Shown here piece by piece: positions 7,230 to 15,147 of a DNA stretch of 23,128 nt. The stretch lies in assembly GCF_029263785.1 (NCBI RefSeq), contig NZ_JAJUFE010000038.1:1-23128 (forward strand). The letters run 5' to 3'. Within the stretch, counting starts at the first letter, position 1, and the number at the start of each line of letters is the position of its first letter. Position numbers and translations under genes: made by a program. Below the pieces are notes generated by a model, which saw nothing but the letters and a program-made list of their open reading frames with translations, was not told where the DNA came from and searched no databases. Origin of the DNA: Pusillimonas sp. (ex Stolz et al. 2005) (lineage in GTDB: Bacteria; Pseudomonadota; Gammaproteobacteria; Burkholderiales; Burkholderiaceae_B).

Positions 7230-7679
7230 ATGTTCGCCAAATTTGCCCTTGCCGCTATATTGTCCGCCGCCGCGCTTCCTGCCATGGCCGCCAATTGCGA
7301 AACAGTCATCGAAGGCAACGATGCCATGCAGTTCAATCTCAAAGAGATCACGGTCGATAAGTCTTGTGAAAAGTACACGGTCACGCTCAAGCACGTAGGG
7401 AAGTTGCCGGTGTCTGCGATGGGTCATAACTGGGTACTGACAACCACCGACAATATGGAAGCGACCGCAAAAGACGGAATGGCGGCCGGCGCGGCAAATG
7501 GGTATCTCAAGCCCAACGATGATCGTGTCATCGCACATACCGATATGATTGGTGGCGGCGAAGAGTCATCGGTCACGTTCGATGTCAACAAACTGACAGC
7601 CGGTGAAAACTACACCTACTTTTGCTCGTTCCCTGGCCACTGGGCCATTATGAAAGGCACGCTCAAGCTGGGCAGCTGA
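7230..7679 (+). CDS. azu: Azurin (blue copper protein) precursor
   Basis: The signal peptide is [20 protein letters not shown]. The mature protein begins [16 protein letters not shown]...VDKSC (the Cys3-Cys26 pair). Cu ligands are present at MGHNWVL (His46) and [14 protein letters not shown] (Cys112, His117, Met121). The RBS ACGGAG lies 7 nt upstream. Confidence 0.97.
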   Translation: MFAKFALAAILSAAALPAMAANCETVIEGNDAMQFNLKEITVDKSCEKYTVTLKHVGKLPVSAMGHNWVLTTTDNMEATAKDGMAAGAANGYLKPNDDRVIAHTDMIGGGEESSVTFDVNKLTAGENYTYFCSFPGHWAIMKGTLKLGS

Positions 7680-7684
7680 TTCCC

Positions 7685-7915
7685 TCATACAAATTGTTTT
7701 ATCCAGGCGGCATACCGGTGCAGCCAGTCCTGCAATAGTTCGTGCATGGCTGCGTCGTCCATGCCGCCTACGTGTTTGTACCGCCGGTCATCGGTACGTA
7801 GGCTTGTGGCGATAAAGTGAACGCCAGGCAAGCGCCAGACCTTTGGGGCTGCTGTCTTATCCACAAAGTCTGTGCATAAGTGTGCGTATAACTGGTCGCT
7901 GCCGGGTGCGAGCCC
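7685..7915 (-). pseudogene. Start-less 77-codon open frame; possibly a decayed gene remnant or an unconventional small ORF
   Basis: My minus-strand translation reads GLAPGSDQLYAHLCTDFVDKTAAPKVWRLPGVHFIATSLRTDDRRYKHVGGMDDAAMHELLQDWLHRYAAWIKQFV*, ending at TGA 7687..7685. The composition is protein-like, but the only upstream starts are a GTG at 7864 with no SD and internal ATGs. All three frames are closed at 7916..7940. I recognise no family. Confidence 0.2.
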
Positions 7916-8027
7916 TCAAATTTACAGGGCTTTCAGTTCACTGGACAAAAGCAATGCATTTTGTAACTACGCTCGCCTGAAACCGGCGACCGGGGTTTTC
8001 ACCTATGCCGTTTCCTCCTCGTTGCGC

Positions 8028-8052
8028 AATTAGTTATGTATCATAATTAATT
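8028..8052. promoter_or_regulatory. Imperfect inverted repeat (candidate operator) in the aacS promoter region
   Basis: AATTAGTTATG-TAT-CATAATTAATT has 11-bp arms, 10/11 complementary, with a 3-bp spacer. It is centred 50 nt upstream of ATG 8090 and overlaps A/T-rich -10-like hexamers (CATAAT / ATAATT). Confidence 0.3.
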
Positions 8053-8089
8053 TCTTTCACACAGCGTAAACTGAACAAGAGGGTTTGGA

Positions 8090-10075
8090 ATGGCCATCGA
8101 GCAAGGCGACGTACTCTGGAGTCCCAGCGCACAGCAAATCAACGAAACGCGATTGGCAAGCTTCATGCAGTATCTGCAGAAGCACTACAAAAAAGACTTT
8201 GACGACTACGCATCGCTATGGCAATGGTCGGTGGATGAGCTCGAAGAGTTCTGGACCGCCGTCTGGCAGTTTTTTGATATTCAAGCCGATGGCGATCCAG
8301 GCGTGGTGCTGGCGGATGCAACCATGCCAGGCGCAAAATGGTTCCCCAACGTGCGCCTGAATTATGCCGAGCATGTCTTTCGCAATGCTGACGCTTCCCG
8401 CCCGGCTTTGCTGGCGCGAGGTGAAGATATCGCCCCGCGAGAAGTGTCGTGGCAGCAACTCCACGACGACACGGCCGCTCTTGCTGCGTATTTGCGTCGG
8501 TTGGGCGTGCAACCGGGAGACCGTGTGGTTTCGTTCATGCCCAATCTGCCCGAAACCGTCGTTGCCTTTCTTGCCTGTGCAAGCCTGGGCGCAATCTGGT
8601 CCAGTTGTTCACCTGAAATGGGCGTTTCTGTGGTGGTCGACCGCTTTCAGCAGATTGAGCCCAAGGTCATGTTTGCGGTAGACAGTTACCGCTACAACGG
8701 AAAGGTGCATGATCGCAGCGCTGTGGTCAACGAGCTGCTGGACAAGCTGCCGTCGATCGAACATGTCATTCACGTTGCCGGTCCGGCTGCTTCCGGAACT
8801 CCGGCCTGGCGGCAATCTGCATCGTGGAAAGATGCCTTGGCCAGTTCCGAACCACTGAAGTTTGAACGGCTCCCCTTCGATCATCCTTTGTGGATCGTCT
8901 ATTCGTCGGGGACCACTGGCATGCCCAAAGCCATGGTGCACGGACATGGCGGCATTGTGCTGACCCACCTCAAAACCATGCAGTTGCAGCATGATGTCCG
9001 GGCAGGTGACCGGTTCATGTTTCTTGGAAGTACCGGCTGGATCGTCTGGAACCTGATGGTTGGCGGCTTGTTGTCGGGCGCTACGGTTGTGCTTTACGAC
9101 GGCAATCCCTCTTACCCTGACACCCAATCCTTATGGCAATTTATAGACGAATTCGGCATCACACACTTTGGATGTGGTGCTGCATTTCTTATCCAGTGCA
9201 AGAAGGATAACCTCAAGCCCGGGGCCCAGGCGGATTTCAGATCTTTGCGTAGCATCAACTCCACCGGCTCACCCCTGCCCCTTGACGCGTACGAATGGGT
9301 TTATGAAAACATCAAGAAGGATCTCTGGCTGGCGTCGATCAGCGGTGGTACGGACATTGCCTCGGGATTCGTCGCCTGCACTCCCATTTTGCCCGTCAGT
9401 GCCGGCGAGATTCAATGTGCCGAGCTGGGCGTGGCCGCATATGCCTTCAATGACGAGGGCCGCGCAGTGATCGACGAGGTGGGTGAGCTTGTCATTACCA
9501 AGCCCATGCCCTCAATGCCACTGTATTTCTGGAACGACACGGACAACAAGCGATATCTGGAAAGTTACTTTGACACCTTTCCAGGGTATTGGCGACATGG
9601 CGACTGGATTCGATTCACTCCGCGTGGCACATCGGTCATCTATGGTCGCTCGGACACTACGATCAACCGTCACGGCATTAGGATGGGTACAGCCGAAATC
9701 TATCGGGTGGTCGAAGAGCTTCCCGAGATTCGTGACAGCCTGGTGGTCGACCTTGAGTATCTGGGTCGCCCGTCTTACATGCCCCTGTTTGTGGTTCTGG
9801 CCGACGGTGTCGAACTTGACGAGGCATTGGTCAATCGCATCAAAGAGCAGATCCGCAGCAAGGCCTCGGCGCGACACGTACCCAACGAGGTGCTTGCCGT
9901 AACCGAGATTCCGCGCACGCTCAGTGGCAAGAAGATGGAGCTGCCGGTGCGCAAGCTGTTGCTTGGCGCAAGTGCCGACAAGGTCGCCAGTCCCGACGCC
10001 ATGTCCAATCCACAAAGCCTGGAATGGTACGTGCAGTTTGCCCGACGCCTGAACGCAACGGTGGCAGAGTCCTGA
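8090..10075 (+). CDS. aacS: Acetoacetyl-CoA synthetase (acetoacetate-CoA ligase, AMP-forming)
   Basis: 661 aa. The N-terminus LWSPSAQQINETRLASFMQYL...LWQWSVDELEEFW is typical of AACS. The AMP-binding motif is YSSGTTGMPKAMVHGHGG. Further matching blocks are WRHGDWIRFTPRGTSVIYGRSDTTINRHGIRMGTAEIY and RTLSGKKMELPVRK. The RBS GAGGG lies 8 nt upstream. Confidence 0.93.
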   Translation: MAIEQGDVLWSPSAQQINETRLASFMQYLQKHYKKDFDDYASLWQWSVDELEEFWTAVWQFFDIQADGDPGVVLADATMPGAKWFPNVRLNYAEHVFRNADASRPALLARGEDIAPREVSWQQLHDDTAALAAYLRRLGVQPGDRVVSFMPNLPETVVAFLACASLGAIWSSCSPEMGVSVVVDRFQQIEPKVMFAVDSYRYNGKVHDRSAVVNELLDKLPSIEHVIHVAGPAASGTPAWRQSASWKDALASSEPLKFERLPFDHPLWIVYSSGTTGMPKAMVHGHGGIVLTHLKTMQLQHDVRAGDRFMFLGSTGWIVWNLMVGGLLSGATVVLYDGNPSYPDTQSLWQFIDEFGITHFGCGAAFLIQCKKDNLKPGAQADFRSLRSINSTGSPLPLDAYEWVYENIKKDLWLASISGGTDIASGFVACTPILPVSAGEIQCAELGVAAYAFNDEGRAVIDEVGELVITKPMPSMPLYFWNDTDNKRYLESYFDTFPGYWRHGDWIRFTPRGTSVIYGRSDTTINRHGIRMGTAEIYRVVEELPEIRDSLVVDLEYLGRPSYMPLFVVLADGVELDEALVNRIKEQIRSKASARHVPNEVLAVTEIPRTLSGKKMELPVRKLLLGASADKVASPDAMSNPQSLEWYVQFARRLNATVAES

Positions 10076-10076
10076 A

Positions 10077-10625
10077 ATGGAGCCTGACTTGCGAATGGCA
10101 CAAAGCCCGATGCCCTCGTCAGGCGGACGTCGTGCCGACGCACCGACGTCCGAATCCGGCGTGTGCCACGCCCTGGCCGCTTCGAACATGCATCAATTGC
10201 TGGGATATCACTGCAGGCGTGCCTTTTTGCACCTCGAACCTTTCTCTGATCCGAGAATGTCCAGGTTTGGTCTGCGTCCCGCAGATTTTGCAGTCTTGAG
10301 TCTGCTGTTGGCGAACCCGGGGCTAAGCCAAAAGGAGGTTGCCCACGGCATCGGTGTGGCACCCCCCAATCTGGCACCCGTCCTGGAGCGCCTGGAAGCC
10401 AGGGAGTTACTGTTACGCCAACGAAGCGTGCAGGACGGTCGCATTCAACACTTCTTCTTGACCACACCTGGCAAGGCTTTGTGTCGCGAAGCAGAGGCGC
10501 AGGCGGCGCAGATCGAATCCGAAGCGGCCAGCGCCTTGACAGATTCCGAACGTGACACGCTTATGGCACTCCTGAAAAAGCTTTACGATTCGGGTAATAC
10601 CAAGCCGGAGCATGGTTTAAGATAA
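10077..10625 (+). CDS. MarR-family transcriptional regulator
   Basis: The winged-helix core reads LRPADFAVLSLLLANPGLSQKEVAHGIGVAPPNLAPVLERLEARELLLRQRSVQDGRIQHFFLTTPGKAL. ATG 10077 lies 1 nt after the aacS stop. No candidate start (10077, 10095, 10188) has a good SD, so the N-terminus is uncertain. Confidence 0.85.
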   Translation: MEPDLRMAQSPMPSSGGRRADAPTSESGVCHALAASNMHQLLGYHCRRAFLHLEPFSDPRMSRFGLRPADFAVLSLLLANPGLSQKEVAHGIGVAPPNLAPVLERLEARELLLRQRSVQDGRIQHFFLTTPGKALCREAEAQAAQIESEAASALTDSERDTLMALLKKLYDSGNTKPEHGLR

Positions 10626-10678
10626 GGTGCTCCTGCCCCTGCATCTTGCACCGTGGGCGCTTACTCATCAGGTCAACA

Positions 10679-11104
10679 ATGAACACTGTACTGGTTCCTA
10701 TCGACGGGTCTGAATCGTCGCTAAATGCACTCAAGGCCGCGCTTGCCATGGTTGGGAATCATCCCGAGGCCGCTCTTCGCGTGGTCACGGTCCAGCCTCC
10801 CATTGCATCGGGCAATGTCAAGCGCTTCATCTCGGCCGAGATACTTAACGAGTATTACGAAGAAGAAGGTGAAAAGGCCCTGAAAGATGCCCGCGAGTTG
10901 TTGTCGGGCGTTTCGGTGCCGGTCACATTCGCGGTTTTGGTTGGTCCTGTTGCCGAGACCATCGTCGAACACGCCAAAGAGCAAGGCTGTTCTCATGTGG
11001 TAATGGGTACCCGAGGGCTTGGCCGTGTAACGGGCCTGGTGTTGGGTTCGGTGGCCACCAAAGTCATCAGCCTGATCGATATTCCTGTTACCTTGGTGAA
11101 GTAA
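10679..11104 (+). CDS. Universal stress protein (UspA family)
   Basis: The product starts MNTVLVPIDGSESSLNALKAAL and carries the ATP-binding-type motif VVMGTRGLGRVTGLVLGSVATKV. ATG 10679 is preferred over the track's TTG at 10646. Confidence 0.88.
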   Translation: MNTVLVPIDGSESSLNALKAALAMVGNHPEAALRVVTVQPPIASGNVKRFISAEILNEYYEEEGEKALKDARELLSGVSVPVTFAVLVGPVAETIVEHAKEQGCSHVVMGTRGLGRVTGLVLGSVATKVISLIDIPVTLVK

Positions 11105-11114
11105 GTGGCGGCGA

Positions 11115-12320
11115 CTAGGGCTTTAGTCCCACCTTTAATAGTCGCCCGTCCCTTTCGTCGGTCAGCACCCACAAGTAGCCGTCAGGCCCAACCCTGACAT
11201 CGCGAATACGCGCGCCGATATCTTCCAGCAACCTTTCTTCGCCGATTATCTTGTCGTGGTCAAGAGACAGCCGGATTACTGCCCGGTCTACCAGGGCACC
11301 AACAAACAGAGAGCCGCGCCAGGGCGGGAACTTATCGGCATTGTAGAAGGCCATGCCGCTTATGCCCGGTGATTTCTTCCAGACGTAATGAGGAGGCTCA
11401 GTGCCCGGGGCGGTCTCGCCTTTGGCTTCCGGTATGGGCAAGCCTGAATAGTTGATCCCATGCGTGGCGATCGGCCATCCATAGTTCTTGCCGGCCCCGG
11501 GGATATTGATCTCGTCTCCGCCACGTGGGCCATGTTCATGTGTCCAGAGCACTTTTGTCCAGGGATTCAAAGCGGCGCCTTGCTGGTTCCGGTGGCCGTA
11601 CGACCAGATTTCCGGCAGCGCGCCGTCGTGCCCGATGAAGGGGTTGTCTTCGGGTATGCTTCCATCCGGACGCAGGCGCACGACCTTGCCTTGTAATTTG
11701 TCGAGGTCCTGCGCAGTCGGCCGCTGATTGTTTTCGCCTAACGCAATGAACAAATGACCCTTGTCGTCGAATACAAGACGCGACCCGAAATGTACGCCGT
11801 TCGATAATTTTGGCCGTTGCCGGAAAATGACCTGGAAATCTTCCAGACGCTGCCCATCATCTGTCAGCCTCCCGAACCCTACGGCCGTACCGGCCGGACC
11901 TTCCGAGGGATTTCGGGGCGATCCTTCTGCATACGACAAATACACACGGCGCGTCTTGGCAAAGTCAGGGGCTATCGCGACGTCCAGTAGCCCGCCCTGC
12001 CCCTTAGCAAAGACTGCCGGTGTGCCCTGAATTGCTCTGGATAATCCTTTTTGAGCTGTCCATATCCGTAATCGGCCCGGCCGTTCGGTAATCAGAACGC
12101 CCTCGTCATCAGGCAGGAATGCCAGGCTCCATGGGTTCTCAAGGCCTTGCACGACGGTACTGACCTGTACTGAATTCGCGGTGCTGCGTCCCTCTGACTG
12201 TTGCGCCTTCGGTGAGGAAGGCCCAAACGCGAGCACAAAGGACACGCTCGCCATCAAGGCCCTGCCTGAAAAGCATCGCAAGCATCTTCGGGTGAATTCA
12301 AGGTTGCCGACAGTGGCCAT
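11115..12320 (-). CDS. PQQ-dependent soluble sugar (aldose) dehydrogenase, YliI/sorbosone dehydrogenase family, secreted
   Basis: Matching blocks are GLENPWSLAFLPD, RPGRLRIW, GGLLDVAIAPDF, GSRLVFDDKGHLFIALGE, GKVVRLRPDGSIPEDNPF, EIWSYGHRNQQGAALNP, HGPRGGDEINI and GKNYGWP. The N-terminus looks like a signal peptide. ATG 12254 is an alternative start. Confidence 0.85.
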   Translation of the reverse strand: MATVGNLEFTRRCLRCFSGRALMASVSFVLAFGPSSPKAQQSEGRSTANSVQVSTVVQGLENPWSLAFLPDDEGVLITERPGRLRIWTAQKGLSRAIQGTPAVFAKGQGGLLDVAIAPDFAKTRRVYLSYAEGSPRNPSEGPAGTAVGFGRLTDDGQRLEDFQVIFRQRPKLSNGVHFGSRLVFDDKGHLFIALGENNQRPTAQDLDKLQGKVVRLRPDGSIPEDNPFIGHDGALPEIWSYGHRNQQGAALNPWTKVLWTHEHGPRGGDEINIPGAGKNYGWPIATHGINYSGLPIPEAKGETAPGTEPPHYVWKKSPGISGMAFYNADKFPPWRGSLFVGALVDRAVIRLSLDHDKIIGEERLLEDIGARIRDVRVGPDGYLWVLTDERDGRLLKVGLKP

Positions 12321-12333
12321 AGTTGCGTCCGGT

Positions 12334-13194
12334 TCAGGCGACAGGGTCTATTCTTCGTGGCAGATCGGGTTGGGCTTCAGGCTGTGCAGGGGGTACAGGA
12401 GCCGGGGGAACTATGGGGGCAAATCCCTTGCCCGATTTTTCGAAGAATCCGGCCAGCATGTCGACGGGGACAGGAAACACCAGAGTTGAGGTCTTGTCTC
12501 CGGCGACTTGCGTCAGGGTTTGCAGATAGCGCAGCTGCATGGCCGAAGGCTGTTCGGCCAACTTCTGTGCAGCTTCCATCAAGGCCTGGGCTGCCTGCTT
12601 CTCGCCCTCGGCGTGAATCACCTTGGCGCGACGCTCCCGTTCTGCCTCTGCCTGACGGGCGATAGCGCGGACCATGCTTTCGTTGAGATCGATATGCTTG
12701 ATCTCGACGTTGGTTACCTTGATGCCCCAACCGTCGGTCTGCTGGTCAAGAATGGTCTGGACATCGAGGTTGAGCTTCTCACGCTCGGAAAGCATATCGT
12801 CCAGATCATGCTTGCCCAGCACCGCCCGCAAGGTTGTCTGCGCGAGCTGGCTGGTGGCATCCAGATAACGCTCGACCTGAATGATGGCTTTCTCGGGCGC
12901 TACCACGCGGAAATAGATCACAGCATTGACACTGACCGAAACGTTATCGCGTGAAATGACGTCCTGGCTGGGTACATCCATGGTGACGACGCGCAGATCG
13001 ACCCGCACCATCTGCTGCAGGCCCGGAATGACAACCACCAGGCCGGGACCTTTGACCGCGGTAAAGCGCCCCAGCGTGAAAATGACGCCACGCTGGTATT
13101 CGCGCAGAATCTTCAAGGTATTGATCAGGATGATCACAACCGCGATCAACAGGATCAGCAGGCCAAAATTCAGATCGAAATCGATGAAGAACAT
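12334..13194 (-). CDS. SPFH/band-7 (stomatin-like, slipin) membrane protein
   Basis: It has an N-terminal TM helix ([18 protein letters not shown]). The SPFH core follows: [29 protein letters not shown]...[33 protein letters not shown]. Next come an Ala/Glu-rich coiled coil ([27 protein letters not shown]) and a Pro-rich tail. The RBS is AAGGAAA. Confidence 0.9.
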   Translation of the reverse strand: MFFIDFDLNFGLLILLIAVVIILINTLKILREYQRGVIFTLGRFTAVKGPGLVVVIPGLQQMVRVDLRVVTMDVPSQDVISRDNVSVSVNAVIYFRVVAPEKAIIQVERYLDATSQLAQTTLRAVLGKHDLDDMLSEREKLNLDVQTILDQQTDGWGIKVTNVEIKHIDLNESMVRAIARQAEAERERRAKVIHAEGEKQAAQALMEAAQKLAEQPSAMQLRYLQTLTQVAGDKTSTLVFPVPVDMLAGFFEKSGKGFAPIVPPAPVPPAQPEAQPDLPRRIDPVA

Positions 13195-13212
13195 AGAGGT
13201 TTCCTTGCTGGG

Positions 13213-14604
13213 CTAAAGGTTTCTGGAAACGGGCTGCGCCGAAGACGGAGCGACAACGTCAACTGTAAGAACCAGACCGTCAATCGACACGACGCGTACC
13301 TTCTGGCCGGTGCGCAGCGGCTGGTGGCTTCGCACCTTCCACAGCTCCCCCTGCACCTCGGCATAAGTGACATCGCCCTGGGTTTCGGTAACCGTCCCGG
13401 TCTGGCCTATCATGTATTCGGTACCGCTGACGATGCGGCTTCGATATGACCGCAACGCCAGATGACCAATGATCATCAGTACTGCGACACTTAACAGCGC
13501 CGACCCGATGATAAATGGCAAACCCAAATCAAAACCGGGAATGTCATCGTTGGTCAAGAGTAGCCCTCCCAAGACGAAAGCCACGACACCGCCTGCACCG
13601 GCGATCCCGAAACTGGGCAGAAAGACCTCGGCAATCATGAGGCTCAATCCGAGAAATATCAGCCCGACACCGGCCCAGTTGACCGGAAGCAGCTGAAAGG
13701 CATAAAAGGCGAGCAGCAGGCTGATCAGCCCCGCAACGCCCGGCCCTGCCAAGCCGGGGCTGGTGACTTCGTAAAACAGTCCGTACACACCTATCATCAT
13801 AAGTATGACTGCAATTTGCGGGTTGGCGATTAGCAACAACAACTTTGTTCGCCAATCGGGTTCGACCTGGGCGACCGGTGCGTCAGCGGTTTGCAGTTGC
13901 ACCACTTTATCACCTGTAATACGGATATCGCGTCCATCCAGCTGCACCAGAAGGCTGCGCAGGTCGGCGGCGATCAGATCGATAACGTTCTTATCGAGCG
14001 CTTCCTGCGCCGACATGCTGGCCGCATCGGTAACGGCCAGTTCAGCAAACCCCACGTTTCGATCCCGCAACTGTGCCAGACTTCGAATGTAGGCCGCAGC
14101 GTCGTTGCGGGCCTTGCGAGACATCGCGTCTTCCGGCGGCGCGGAGTCTTTTTCTTTTGACGCCTTGGCGGGCGACGAGCCTCCTATCTGAACCGGAGTT
14201 GCAGCGCCAATATTGCTCGCGGGCGCCATGGCGGCGATATGGCTGGCATACAGAATGAAGGTTCCGGCGCTGGCTGCGCGGGCACCAGTGGGCGCCACGT
14301 AGGTCGCCACCGGAATCGGCGAAGCGAGGATGGCCTTGACGATACTTCGCATCGAAGCGTCGAGGCCACCCGGGGTATCCAGAGTGATGACCACCAGCTG
14401 AGCCTGATCGGTGGCGGCGCGCTGAATGCCACGGATGATGAAGTCAGACGATGCCGGGCTGATGACACCGTCAAGGCGCAATTCAACGACCTGATTGCTG
14501 CCCTGCCCGGTAGAGGCGCCTGCGCAAAGCAAGAGCACCAGCGCTGTAAAGGCGAGGGCCAGCCAGCGCGTACATGAGTAAGGATTTGGAATCGATCGGA
14601 TCAT
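13213..14604 (-). CDS. nfeD: Long-form NfeD protein (membrane-bound ClpP-class serine protease with a C-terminal OB-fold)
   Basis: It has a signal/anchor sequence. The protease domain contains LVVITLDTPGGLDASMRSIV and YVAPTGARAASAGTFILYASHIAAMAP. Several TM helices follow, then a C-terminal NfeD OB domain (GQTGTVTETQGDVTYAEVQGELWKVRSHQPLRTGQKVRVVSIDGLVLTV). Its stop is 18 nt upstream of the SPFH start. Confidence 0.9.
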   Translation of the reverse strand: MIRSIPNPYSCTRWLALAFTALVLLLCAGASTGQGSNQVVELRLDGVISPASSDFIIRGIQRAATDQAQLVVITLDTPGGLDASMRSIVKAILASPIPVATYVAPTGARAASAGTFILYASHIAAMAPASNIGAATPVQIGGSSPAKASKEKDSAPPEDAMSRKARNDAAAYIRSLAQLRDRNVGFAELAVTDAASMSAQEALDKNVIDLIAADLRSLLVQLDGRDIRITGDKVVQLQTADAPVAQVEPDWRTKLLLLIANPQIAVILMMIGVYGLFYEVTSPGLAGPGVAGLISLLLAFYAFQLLPVNWAGVGLIFLGLSLMIAEVFLPSFGIAGAGGVVAFVLGGLLLTNDDIPGFDLGLPFIIGSALLSVAVLMIIGHLALRSYRSRIVSGTEYMIGQTGTVTETQGDVTYAEVQGELWKVRSHQPLRTGQKVRVVSIDGLVLTVDVVAPSSAQPVSRNL

Positions 14605-14665
14605 TGCGGCTTCCGATTGGGGCGCCCCGTGAACGCCTTCTGTGTCAGTATAGTCCCTACGAGCG

Positions 14666-15067
14666 CTACGCCGGCTCGCGGTTACCGTTTGGCGCTTTCA
14701 TGCGACCGGCGACGCGGGCGATTTCCTTTGCGAGAATTACGGCGTGGTTGTGTGTCGTATCGTGCGCACTGTACAGAAGCGTCATGTGTTTAGCATGCGC
14801 GTTGCGTATGAGTTCTTTGATCCGCTGCAACTGTTCTTCAGTGCGCAGCTGAGTCTGGTAATCCTTGCCAAACTGCTCCCAGTGCTCGGGCTTGTGAGCA
14901 AACCACTTTCGCAACTCAGTGCTTGGGGCGAGATCTTTGCACCAGATATCAAACTGGACCTCTCTCCTGGAAAGGCCGCGCGGCCACAAGCGGTCGACAA
15001 GCACACGGTATCCTTCATTTGCTTGTGCCTCGTCGTAGACACGTCGAATATCGACCTTGAATTTCAT
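14666..15067 (-). CDS. DUF488 (YeaO-like) protein
   Basis: Starting at ATG 15067 the product reads MKFKVDIRRVYDEAQANEGYRVLVDRLWPRGLSRREV...LAPSTELRKWF...TLLYSAHDTTHNHAVILA, which matches the YeaO pattern as I recall it. The 38 upstream codons of the track ORF are discarded. Confidence 0.85.
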   Translation of the reverse strand: MKFKVDIRRVYDEAQANEGYRVLVDRLWPRGLSRREVQFDIWCKDLAPSTELRKWFAHKPEHWEQFGKDYQTQLRTEEQLQRIKELIRNAHAKHMTLLYSAHDTTHNHAVILAKEIARVAGRMKAPNGNREPA

Positions 15068-15147
15068 GAGTAGACCTCTTGAAATGAGCAAGAATGATTC
15101 GGATGCCGTTCCGGCGGCTGCAGCGACCACCTTGACCCGCGACCAGC

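Noticed and set aside
7942-7957. Sigma-54-like element TGGACAAAAGCAATGC upstream of aacS.
   Set aside because: The GG-to-GC spacing is one nucleotide longer than the -24/-12 consensus (TGGCAC-N5-TTGC). The -24 box is also degenerate, and no enhancer-binding protein gene is nearby.
8609-10467. Long antisense or off-frame ORFs inside well-supported genes. Examples: 8609..9127(-), 9512..10189(-), 9775..10467(-); also 1561..2292(-), 2208..2723(+), 15724..16593(+), 18830..19483(-), 21470..21952(+) and 12508..12954(+).
   Set aside because: Their translations are Arg/Pro/Gly/His-rich with no recognisable motifs. Each lies entirely within a gene whose other-strand or other-frame product has clear family signatures. 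These are typical stop-poor shadow frames of GC-rich DNA.
11105-11114. A search for a terminator between the convergent usp and PQQ-dehydrogenase genes.
   Set aside because: The stops are only 10 nt apart and no hairpin is present. This is merely a compact convergent junction and nothing can be annotated there.
12334-14604. The NfeD/SPFH pair considered as the hidden novel or defence system.
   Set aside because: This is a widely conserved, previously described two-gene module. The locus has no nuclease, ATPase, toxin, methylase or mobile-element context that would suggest a defence island.
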